Below, piece by piece: positions 25,785 to 33,812 of a stretch of DNA of 35,104 bases; the stretch's first letter is position 1, and every line of letters starts with the position of its first letter. Source of the DNA: a bacterium. Lineage in GTDB: Bacteria > Patescibacteriota > Minisyncoccia > UBA6257 > 02-FULL-45-10c. The position numbers and the translations under genes are program-made. The notes beneath the pieces are model-generated. The model saw only the letters and a list, made by a program, of their open reading frames with translations. It was not told the DNA's origin and searched no databases. The stretch covers positions 1 to 35,104 of the forward strand of contig JAJYMK010000003.1 in assembly GCA_021786945.1 (NCBI GenBank), read 5' to 3'.

Positions 25785-26246
25785 ATGAATATGGTTATTT
25801 ATATTGCCGCCGATCACAGAGGTTTTAAACATAAAGAAGAAATAAAAAATTATTTAGTTAGTCTTGGTTATTCGGTTAATGATATGGGAAATGAAAAGTA
25901 TGACGAATCCGATGATTATCCGGATTTTGCTGAAAGGGTAGCTGAAAAAGTTGCATTGGGCGGATCTTTGGGTATTTTAATTTGTGGTTCTGGAGTAGGT
26001 ATGGATATTGTGGCTAATAAATTTCCCGGAGTTCGTTCGGCCTTGGTTTGCGATCCCGAACAAGCTATGGATGCCAGAACAGATGATGATGTAAATATCT
26101 TAACAATTGCGGCCGATTACACTTCTGTTGAAGCAAGTAAGAAGATAATCTCTCTTTCTCTTACTACGGTATTTTCCGGAGAAGAAAAATACAAAAGAAG
26201 GATAAAGAAAATAGAAGAATTGGAAATAAAAATTAAAAATAAATAA
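25785..26246 (+). CDS. rpiB: Ribose-5-phosphate isomerase B family
   Basis: ADHRGF, DDYPD, GILICGSGVGM.IVANK.PGVR. Confidence 0.9.
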   Translation: MNMVIYIAADHRGFKHKEEIKNYLVSLGYSVNDMGNEKYDESDDYPDFAERVAEKVALGGSLGILICGSGVGMDIVANKFPGVRSALVCDPEQAMDARTDDDVNILTIAADYTSVEASKKIISLSLTTVFSGEEKYKRRIKKIEELEIKIKNK

Positions 26247-26252
26247 TTTTTT

Positions 26253-26897
26253 ATGAAAGTTATTCCAGCTATTAATGAGCCGACTTTCGAAAAAGTAAAG
26301 GAAAAAATTTTTCAGACCCGAGATATATTGGGGGCTTTAAGGGTGCACATCGATGTTACTGATGGTAAATTTACGGCGCACCAAACCTGGAATGATGTTA
26401 GCGACCTTATTAACCTCAGGTTTATTACCAATAATTTTAATTTTAATTTAGGTGTTCATTTGATGGTAAATAACCCAGACGAGATTATTGATTCTTGGTT
26501 TAGCGCCGGAATGCATGCTATAGTCGCTCATTTTGAAACAATAAAAAATATAGATTTAATTTTGGATAAGTGCGAAAAGAACGGAGTAGAATTTGTTTTG
26601 GCCGTAAATCCCTCTACAGCACTGGATTCAATAGGTGATATAAAAAAATATAAAAACATTGAGCTTTTAGCGGTTGAACCTGGTTCTGCCGGACAGAAAT
26701 TTGAAGAAATAACTATTGAGAAAATAAAACAACTACGCACGAAGGGATTTGGTGGTAAAATAGTAATTGATGGTGGTATTAATCCGGAAACCGCCAAGAA
26801 AGTAAGAGAGGCTGGCGCTGATGCGATAGTTTCGGCCTCGTATATCTGGAATAATCTTAATCCAAAAAAAGGTTACGAAGAATTAAAAGCAGCTTAA
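26253..26897 (+). CDS. rpe: Ribulose-phosphate 3-epimerase
   Basis: HIDVTDGKF, VHLMV..P, AVEPGSAGQKF, IDGGIN, GAD.IVS.S. Confidence 0.92.
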   Translation: MKVIPAINEPTFEKVKEKIFQTRDILGALRVHIDVTDGKFTAHQTWNDVSDLINLRFITNNFNFNLGVHLMVNNPDEIIDSWFSAGMHAIVAHFETIKNIDLILDKCEKNGVEFVLAVNPSTALDSIGDIKKYKNIELLAVEPGSAGQKFEEITIEKIKQLRTKGFGGKIVIDGGINPETAKKVREAGADAIVSASYIWNNLNPKKGYEELKAA

Positions 26898-26904
26898 TTT
26901 TTAT

Positions 26905-27762
26905 ATGGAAATTCATGAGAAAAAAATGGAATTTTTGGAAGAGATGGCCAATCTTTTGCGTGAAGATGTTATTGAAATGCTTCTGGAGGCTGGCTCCGGA
27001 CATAGCGCCGGGCCTTTAGGAATGGCCGATATTTTTTCAGCTTTATATTTTCATGTTCTTAATCATGATCCAAAGAATCCTGATTGGGCGGACAGAGATC
27101 GTTTGGTTTTATCAAATGGCCATATTTGTCCGATAAGATATGCCGCTATGGCTAGAGCTGGTTATTTTCCGATAGAGGAATTACTGACTCTGAGAAAAAT
27201 AAATTCAAGATTACAAGGCCATCCTCACAGAAAAATTTTACCGGGAGTTGAAACCACATCCGGCCCTTTGGGTTCGGGTTTGTCGCAGGCTATTGGCATG
27301 GCTTTAGCCGGAAGATTGGATAATAAAAAATATAGAGTTTTTTGCGCTATGTCGGATGGAGAATTGGAAGAGGGGAATACTTGGGAAGCTTTTATGTTTG
27401 CCGGTAAAAACAGATTGAATAATCTTGTAGCTATAATCGACAGAAATAATATTCAGATAGATGGAAATACCGAAGATATTATGCCGCTCGAACCATTGAG
27501 ACAAAAATTCGAAGCTTTTAATTGGAATGTGGTGGAAATCGACGGACATAATATTGAGCAGTTTATAGATGCAACTAATGAAGCCAAAGCAATTCATGAT
27601 AAACCAACCGTAATCATTGCTCATACTATTCCTGGAAAGGGTGTGAGTTTTATGGAAAATGATTATACATGGCACGGTAAACCACCAACAGCCGAGGAGG
27701 CTGCGAAAGCTTTAAATGAGCTTAGAACATTGGGCGGAAAAATTAAAAGCGAGCATGAATAA
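26905..27762 (+). CDS. tkt: Transketolase, N-terminal (TPP-binding) subunit
   Basis: SGHSAG, DRDRLVLSNGH, LQGHP, SGPLGSGL, SDGELEEG.TWEA...N TPP motif, PGKGV.FME....WHG. Confidence 0.95.
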   Translation: MEIHEKKMEFLEEMANLLREDVIEMLLEAGSGHSAGPLGMADIFSALYFHVLNHDPKNPDWADRDRLVLSNGHICPIRYAAMARAGYFPIEELLTLRKINSRLQGHPHRKILPGVETTSGPLGSGLSQAIGMALAGRLDNKKYRVFCAMSDGELEEGNTWEAFMFAGKNRLNNLVAIIDRNNIQIDGNTEDIMPLEPLRQKFEAFNWNVVEIDGHNIEQFIDATNEAKAIHDKPTVIIAHTIPGKGVSFMENDYTWHGKPPTAEEAAKALNELRTLGGKIKSEHE

Positions 27763-27764
27763 AA

Positions 27765-28757
27765 ATGATTAATCCTGATTTAAAACTTAATCCAAAGGTT
27801 TTTGAAAAAGATATCGAACAATTTCCGACTAGAAATGGTTACGGAGAGGGTTTGGTTTTGGCTGGAGAGCACGACGAAAACGTCGTTGTTCTTTGCGCTG
27901 ATTTAACTGAGTCTACCAGGTCTGAAGCTTTTGCTAAAAAATTTCCAAAAAGATTTTTTGAGATAGGTGTTGCCGAGCAAAACTTGGCTACGGTTGCCGC
28001 TGGTTTGGGTATTAGCGGAAAAATTCCGTTTATTTCTTCTTATGCTACTTTTTCTCCGGGTAGGAATTGGGAACAGATAAGGACTACTATTGCTTACAAT
28101 GATTCCAATGTAAAAATTGCCGGTGCTCACGCTGGAGTATCTGTTGGTCCCGACGGTGCCACTCATCAAGCCATAGAAGATATCGCTACAATGCGGGTGA
28201 TAGCCAATATGAAAGTCTTTGTTCCGTGCGACTCTATCGAAGCCAGAAAAGCCACGGTTGCCGCGGCAAAAATTTGGGGGCCTGTTTATTTAAGATTTGC
28301 CAGAGAAAAAAGTCCTGTTATGACTTCGGAAAAAACAGAATTTATTCCGGGAAAGGCGGAAATTTTTTGGGAATCAAAAAAGCCGGAGGTTTTGATAATA
28401 GGTTGTGGTCCTATTTTATACAATGCCTTGGTTGCCGCCAAAGAACTTGAGGAAGAAGAAATTGGCTCCGTAGTTTTAAATTGCCATACCATAAAACCCT
28501 TAGATGAAAAACAAATTATTGAATTGGCAAAAAAATACAAAGCCGTTGTTACGGTTGAGGAGCATCAGATAATAGGCGGGTTGGGTGGCGCAGTTTCGGA
28601 ATGTTTGGTCAAAAATTATCCGGCACCTATGGAATTCATTGGAATGAAGGATGTTTACGGAGAATCTGGCAACCCTTCCGAATTAATCGAAAAATACGGA
28701 ATGGGCGTTGGAGATATTAAAAAAGCCGTTAAAAAAGTTTTAAAAAGAAAAAAATGA
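27765..28757 (+). CDS. tkt: Transketolase, C-terminal subunit
   Basis: ADLTEST, GVAEQN, GPDGATHQAIED, GPVYLR, TIKPLD, EEHQIIGGLG. Confidence 0.95.
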   Translation: MINPDLKLNPKVFEKDIEQFPTRNGYGEGLVLAGEHDENVVVLCADLTESTRSEAFAKKFPKRFFEIGVAEQNLATVAAGLGISGKIPFISSYATFSPGRNWEQIRTTIAYNDSNVKIAGAHAGVSVGPDGATHQAIEDIATMRVIANMKVFVPCDSIEARKATVAAAKIWGPVYLRFAREKSPVMTSEKTEFIPGKAEIFWESKKPEVLIIGCGPILYNALVAAKELEEEEIGSVVLNCHTIKPLDEKQIIELAKKYKAVVTVEEHQIIGGLGGAVSECLVKNYPAPMEFIGMKDVYGESGNPSELIEKYGMGVGDIKKAVKKVLKRKK

Positions 28758-29755
28758 AGGATATTGTAACCATTGGCTCTATAACAAAAGATAATTTTTT
28801 GGAGGTTGATTATGAAATTATTGATTGGCCAAAAACGCCTTTGAAAAAAGCGATTGCTTTGCCATTCGGGGAAAAATTGGAAGTGAAAGACATCCATTCG
28901 GTATTGGGTGGTAATTCGGCAAATGCTAGCGTTACTTTTAGCCGGCTTGGATTTAAGACTGCTTGTTTTGGAAAAATAGGCGGGGATTTAGCCGGAGAAG
29001 AAATAAAAAAATGGCTTAAAGAGGATGGTGTTGATCCTATTTTTGCTGTTGTCAAAAACAAAAAGACAGCTCAGTCAACTTTATTATTAAAAGATGGCGA
29101 ACGTACTATTTTGGGCTATCATGGAGCATCAAATGAATGGATGGAAAAAGATATTCCCTGGAGAAAGTTAAAAGCCAAGTGGTGGTATCTCTCTCTTGCT
29201 GGAAGTTCTTCCGATTTTTTTATTCCTCTTATAAATTTTGCGAAAGAACAGGGAATAAAGGTAGCTTTTAATCCGAGTGGTTATCATATAAAGCATAAAC
29301 GACAGGAAATTTTGGATAATTTAAAGAATATTGATTTTTTGGTTTTGAATGAAGGCGAGGCTGCCGAATTGGTTGGAATTTCTTTCGAAAAAGAAAAAGA
29401 AGTATTTAAAAAAATAGATGAACTCATGCCGGGAATAGTGGCTGTAACTGATGGTCCGAATGGCGTAACCGTTTCCAATGGTAAAAATATTTTTAGGGCG
29501 GGAATTTTTAAGGAGAGGTTTGTTGTCGACAGGACCGGGGCTGGAGATGCTTTTGGCAGTGGATTTACAGCTGGGCTTATGGAATACGCAGAAGATTTTA
29601 ATTCTATTGATAGTATTAAACATGCTATAGTTTTAGGAAGCGCAAATGCTACTTCGGTGGTTGAACACGTTGGTGCTACCGAAGGTATTATTACCGAAAA
29701 AGATTTTGAAGAAGACAGATTTAAAGATTTTGAAATCAAAATAGAAAAAATATAA
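28754..29755 (+). CDS. PfkB family carbohydrate kinase
   Basis: GGNSANASV...RLG, LNEGEA, VTDGPNG, DRTGAGDAFGSGF signature. ATGA overlap with the transketolase C-terminal gene. Confidence 0.93.
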   Translation: MKDIVTIGSITKDNFLEVDYEIIDWPKTPLKKAIALPFGEKLEVKDIHSVLGGNSANASVTFSRLGFKTACFGKIGGDLAGEEIKKWLKEDGVDPIFAVVKNKKTAQSTLLLKDGERTILGYHGASNEWMEKDIPWRKLKAKWWYLSLAGSSSDFFIPLINFAKEQGIKVAFNPSGYHIKHKRQEILDNLKNIDFLVLNEGEAAELVGISFEKEKEVFKKIDELMPGIVAVTDGPNGVTVSNGKNIFRAGIFKERFVVDRTGAGDAFGSGFTAGLMEYAEDFNSIDSIKHAIVLGSANATSVVEHVGATEGIITEKDFEEDRFKDFEIKIEKI

Positions 29756-29757
29756 AA

Positions 29758-30996
29758 ATGGAAAAACTTAATTATTTTTCTAATGTATTGGGGGTTAGCG
29801 CAGATTTATTGGAAAAAATGGAGGAGTCGATGATTAAAAAAACCGGCAAGCTTGGTGTTTTAGAAAGAATTGTAGATGAAAACACACGAATCATTAATTC
29901 GACTTTAAATATTTTTGGTTCTGTTGATAGAAACGCTCCGGAGGTTCAGGGTATTTTGCGCCAAGCCATTTTGAGTCATGAGTATAAAGTTCTGGATGCA
30001 TTAAAAAATGCTCCGGGTAAAACCGAATTTGAAAAAGCGGCTATTTTAGCTAAAAAATTAGTTAAGGTGCCAAGCGGATTTTTTCTTAAAAAAGAAAAAG
30101 CCATCGAGATTTTAAAAAAGAGACCGCCGGAAAATCTTCTTAAATATTTAAAGCTTTCAAATATCGACGAGGCTTTAAATCAGTTTGATGTTACGGAAAT
30201 TTTTGCAACTCTAAGATTTATTGAGAGTACCGAGTGGATGCACCAGACCTTTGAAGTTGCCTATAGCAATTTCACTCCCGCTGATTTCGAAAAAAGAGAA
30301 ATTAAAATTGAAGTTTTAAGCGATGTTTGGGTAAAAATTGCCGAAAAATTTGTTGCAAAAAAACACCATAACGTAAGCCATTTAAAGGAGTTTGGCGTAA
30401 TTTTTATAAACCCAATCAAAGAAAATATTCCAGGAAAATTTTTGAGGGATTTTGCCCTGCTTTTACACTATTGTTATGAAATAAAATTTTATTCCAAACT
30501 TTTTCAATTTTATGAAAACGCTTCCGATTTTGCCGAACGCTTGAAGGCTTTACTTAGAGGCGATGTTAAGGAAATTTTAAAATCGGATCCCGGAGAGTGG
30601 CTGATAGTCCAGAGATATTTATCTAAAGAGAATCCTAATGATCCTCGCTTATTCTTACCCAGAGTCAATCCCGAATCTCTTCATTGGTTAAGAGGAGAGA
30701 GAGACTTTTCATTCTTTAATGCCGATGAAAAAAATGAAAGATTGAATCTGAAAATATGGAATAATATGGATTGGGTGGGCGGTGTTTTTCGGGGTGAGCA
30801 GGATCAGGTAATTAGTTTTGATTTGGAAGACAATGCCATGTCCCTCGTTTCTTTTATGGAAGGAAGGAATGAGAATTTCAACTATCATCAAAGAGAGGCT
30901 ATGTGGACCAGGATTTTTTCGGAATATGCCGGCGGGGAAGAGGCAATGGAAAGTTTGCTTATAGAGAATTTTGATAAGGGGATAATTAGGTTTTAA
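29758..30996 (+). CDS. Hypothetical protein of unknown function, 412 aa
   Basis: Long soluble ORF starting 2 bp after the pfkB stop; motifs KKHHNVSHLKEFGVIF, LLHYCYEI, QRYL, NPESLHW. Confidence 0.8.
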   Translation: MEKLNYFSNVLGVSADLLEKMEESMIKKTGKLGVLERIVDENTRIINSTLNIFGSVDRNAPEVQGILRQAILSHEYKVLDALKNAPGKTEFEKAAILAKKLVKVPSGFFLKKEKAIEILKKRPPENLLKYLKLSNIDEALNQFDVTEIFATLRFIESTEWMHQTFEVAYSNFTPADFEKREIKIEVLSDVWVKIAEKFVAKKHHNVSHLKEFGVIFINPIKENIPGKFLRDFALLLHYCYEIKFYSKLFQFYENASDFAERLKALLRGDVKEILKSDPGEWLIVQRYLSKENPNDPRLFLPRVNPESLHWLRGERDFSFFNADEKNERLNLKIWNNMDWVGGVFRGEQDQVISFDLEDNAMSLVSFMEGRNENFNYHQREAMWTRIFSEYAGGEEAMESLLIENFDKGIIRF

Positions 30997-31000
30997 TTTT

Positions 31001-31009
31001 TGCTATAAT
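31001..31009 (+). promoter_or_regulatory. Extended -10 promoter element
   Basis: TGCTATAAT, 27 bp before the receiver-gene ATG. Confidence 0.55.
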
Positions 31010-31036
31010 TAAATTAATATTTAAATAAATAAAAAT

Positions 31037-31444
31037 ATGTCTAACGGCAACGGTAATAAAAAAATATTAGTGGTTGAAGTTGTTGAAGATGATAGACCAT
31101 TGCTTTCGGTTTTGTGCGATCGGTTTTCAGCTGAAGGATACAACGTAATCTCCGCTTTAACGGGAGACGAGGGCTTGAAATTGGCCTTAGAGCACAAACC
31201 TGATTTAATTTTATTGGATATAGTTATGCCTAAAATGGACGGACTTACAATGCTGAAAAAACTCAGGGAGGACAATTGGGGAAAGAAGGCTAATGTTATT
31301 TTACTTACAAATTTATCCGCCGATGAAAAAATAACCAAAGCCGTTACGGAATTGGAGCCTTGCTATTATCTTATTAAAACCGACTGGAAAATGGACGATA
31401 TAGTAGAGAGGGTAAAGAGCACTCTTGAGGGAAGCGGAAAATAG
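31037..31444 (+). CDS. Single-domain response regulator (receiver only)
   Basis: VEDD acidic pair, PDLILLDIVMPKMDG (phospho-Asp), LLTN, YLIK; no output domain. Confidence 0.92.
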   Translation: MSNGNGNKKILVVEVVEDDRPLLSVLCDRFSAEGYNVISALTGDEGLKLALEHKPDLILLDIVMPKMDGLTMLKKLREDNWGKKANVILLTNLSADEKITKAVTELEPCYYLIKTDWKMDDIVERVKSTLEGSGK

Positions 31445-31447
31445 TTT

Positions 31448-32119
31448 ATGGGCTTTGTTTTTTCGAATGTTTTAATGCCTTTTATCGGCTGGGGCCAATA
31501 TTGTTTTTATTTGGCGGTTATTTTAATTGTTGCCAATAAAAGATTTGGATGGTTTAAGTATTTTTATCGGTTAAGTTATAAATTCTTAATTGGTTTGGTG
31601 TTGGGCTTTAAAATAATATATGCATCAGCCGAAACATGGGCGCAGTATTATGTCTGGTCCAATAACAACCTGACAAAACTTCTTTTAGATAAAAGTGTTA
31701 TAAACCTGGATATTTTAAGAGATTTTTCTGGTAAGTTTTTTATTTTGCTTAATAACCGTTTTGGTTATTTCTTATTTTATTCTTGGGGGAGATTTTGGTT
31801 TGAAATTTTTGTATCTTTATTGGCCGCCTCGGTTTTTTATCTTTTTTTGCTTTTACTTGAAAAATATAAAGATAGATTTTTTATTGAAGGAGAAACTGAA
31901 TTGGGTTTTTTGTTATCTCTAATGGTGGGTTGGTCAAATTTCATAGTATTTTTACCATTGGTATTCTTGAGTATTGTTTTGGTTTCTGTTTTTAAAGCGG
32001 TGGTATTGAAAGAGGCTTATACCACGATTGGTGTACCGCTAATAGTCGCGGCTTTAATTGTTTTATTGTTGGGTAATTATTTGGTTAATTTTTTAGGTTT
32101 AACTCAACTTAGAGTTTAA
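31448..32119 (+). CDS. Hypothetical multi-pass membrane protein
   Basis: About six hydrophobic segments; FIEGETELGFLLSLMVGW. Confidence 0.75.
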   Translation: MGFVFSNVLMPFIGWGQYCFYLAVILIVANKRFGWFKYFYRLSYKFLIGLVLGFKIIYASAETWAQYYVWSNNNLTKLLLDKSVINLDILRDFSGKFFILLNNRFGYFLFYSWGRFWFEIFVSLLAASVFYLFLLLLEKYKDRFFIEGETELGFLLSLMVGWSNFIVFLPLVFLSIVLVSVFKAVVLKEAYTTIGVPLIVAALIVLLLGNYLVNFLGLTQLRV

Positions 32120-32143
32120 GGGTTTATGTAGTAATATTTATAT

Positions 32144-33037
32144 ATGGACAATTTAATTGATTTAATAAGAAGTGCGGAGAAAAACAAGGTTTGTATAGGC
32201 CACTTTAATGTCTCGGACTCGATCGTTTTAAAGGCGATTTTTGAATCTGCCAAAGAACTTACCGTGCCGGTAATCATTGGAACTTCCGAGGGTGAAGCTG
32301 GTTTTATTGGTAGGGATTTAGCTTCTGCTATGGTTCAAAGATTGAGGTCGGAAAATAAATTTCCAATATTTTTGAATTCGGATCATACTCACAGCCTTGA
32401 AGAAGTTAAAAAAGCAGTCGATGCCGGTTATGATGCTATTATTTTTGATGCCAGCAAGCTTTCTTTTGAAGAAAATATAAAACAAACCAAGGATGCGGTT
32501 GAGTATATAAAATCCAAATCAGAAAATATACTTGTTGAAGGAGAGCTTGGTTACTTAGGCGATTCTTCCAAACTTCTTAAGGAATTGCCGAAAAATTTAG
32601 CTATTAATTCGGAAGATCTTACAAAGCCGGAAGAGGCGGCTATATTTGTGAAAGAAACTAAAATTGATTTATTTGCTCCAGCAGTAGGAAGTATGCACGG
32701 AATGCTCATGCTTGCCGATAAAGAGGGGAAAGCAAATTCCGTTCCTAGGCCGTTAAACATAAAAAGAATATCGGAGATTAAAAACACAGTTAAAACTCCA
32801 TTAGTTTTACATGGTGGTTCTGGAACATCCGATGAAGATTTCGTAGCCGCGATTGATGCCGGAATAAATATTATTCATATAAACACAGAAATACGAGTGG
32901 CTTGGAAAAATGCTCTGGAGAGTTCATTGCTGACAAACAAAGACGAAATTGCTCCTTATAAAATACTTAAACCGTCTTTTGAAGGCGTAAAATCAGTGGT
33001 TAAATCACGCTTGCAATTATTCAATAAATTGGTATAA
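32144..33037 (+). CDS. fba: Class II fructose-bisphosphate aldolase
   Basis: GHFNV, NSDHT, FDAS.L.FEENI..T, VEGELG, APAVGSMHG, LVLHGGSG, IHINTE. Confidence 0.93.
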   Translation: MDNLIDLIRSAEKNKVCIGHFNVSDSIVLKAIFESAKELTVPVIIGTSEGEAGFIGRDLASAMVQRLRSENKFPIFLNSDHTHSLEEVKKAVDAGYDAIIFDASKLSFEENIKQTKDAVEYIKSKSENILVEGELGYLGDSSKLLKELPKNLAINSEDLTKPEEAAIFVKETKIDLFAPAVGSMHGMLMLADKEGKANSVPRPLNIKRISEIKNTVKTPLVLHGGSGTSDEDFVAAIDAGINIIHINTEIRVAWKNALESSLLTNKDEIAPYKILKPSFEGVKSVVKSRLQLFNKLV

Positions 33038-33038
33038 T
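33011..33038 (+). promoter_or_regulatory. Putative rplY promoter within the fba 3' end
   Basis: TTGCAA (33011-33016), 16 bp, then TATAAT (33033-33038) with TG extension (TGGTATAAT). Confidence 0.55.
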
Positions 33039-33070
33039 AAACAAACTAAATTATTAAGGTTTTTTTAATT

Positions 33071-33757
33071 ATGGAATTACAAGTTCAAAAAAGAGAAAGT
33101 TCTGGAAAAGCCGCTGCTTTAAGAAGGTCTGGTTTGGTTCCGGCCGAGCTTTATGGAAAAGGCGTTGAAAATTTACATTTAGCTATTCCCACAAAGGAAT
33201 TTAAAAAAGTTTTTAAAGAATCCGGTGAAAACACAATTGTTAATGTTGTTTTGGCCGGTAAAAAATACCCGGTTATTATTCACGAGGTTTCTTATGATAG
33301 CGTTTCCGGCGATATTTTAAATGTTGATTTGTATCAGGTAAGAATGGATGAGAAAATTAAAATCAGCGTACCCTTGGAGTTTATCGGTGTTTCCCCGGCT
33401 ATAAAAGAAAAAAATGGTCTTTTGGTTAAGTCCTTGCATGAAATTGAAGTTGAGGCTTTGCCCGCAGACATTCCTCATTCTTTGCAGATTGATATTTCGA
33501 AGATTACCGAAATCGGACAAAGCTTGTACGTAAAAGATTTGGCTTTACCGGAAAATGTCAAAACCACGGTTTCTCTGGAAACTGTAGTTGTCACCGTTAC
33601 AGCTAAACTTACTGAAGAGCAAGAATTAGCCATGCAGCAAGCCGCTGGTGCCGGAGTTGAATCCGTTAAGGTTGAATCTGAAGAGAAGAAAGCTGAAAGG
33701 GATGCCGCTAAAGCCGCCGCTCAGCCTGGGGCTCCTACAGTTGAAGCCGCTAAATAA
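33071..33757 (+). CDS. rplY: 50S ribosomal protein L25/general stress protein Ctc
   Basis: LRRSGLVPAELYG, ILNVDLYQV, VPLEFIG.SPA.K, EVEALPADIP, and an Ala/Glu-rich tail. Confidence 0.95.
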   Translation: MELQVQKRESSGKAAALRRSGLVPAELYGKGVENLHLAIPTKEFKKVFKESGENTIVNVVLAGKKYPVIIHEVSYDSVSGDILNVDLYQVRMDEKIKISVPLEFIGVSPAIKEKNGLLVKSLHEIEVEALPADIPHSLQIDISKITEIGQSLYVKDLALPENVKTTVSLETVVVTVTAKLTEEQELAMQQAAGAGVESVKVESEEKKAERDAAKAAAQPGAPTVEAAK

Positions 33758-33767
33758 CCAAATAATT

Positions 33768-33793
33768 AAAAATCCCCGAAAAGGGGATTTTTT
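33768..33793 (+). terminator. Intrinsic terminator after rplY
   Basis: AAAAATCCCC-GAAAA-GGGGATTTTT followed by T. Confidence 0.85.
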
Positions 33794-33812
33794 GTTATAA
33801 TATGAAATATAT

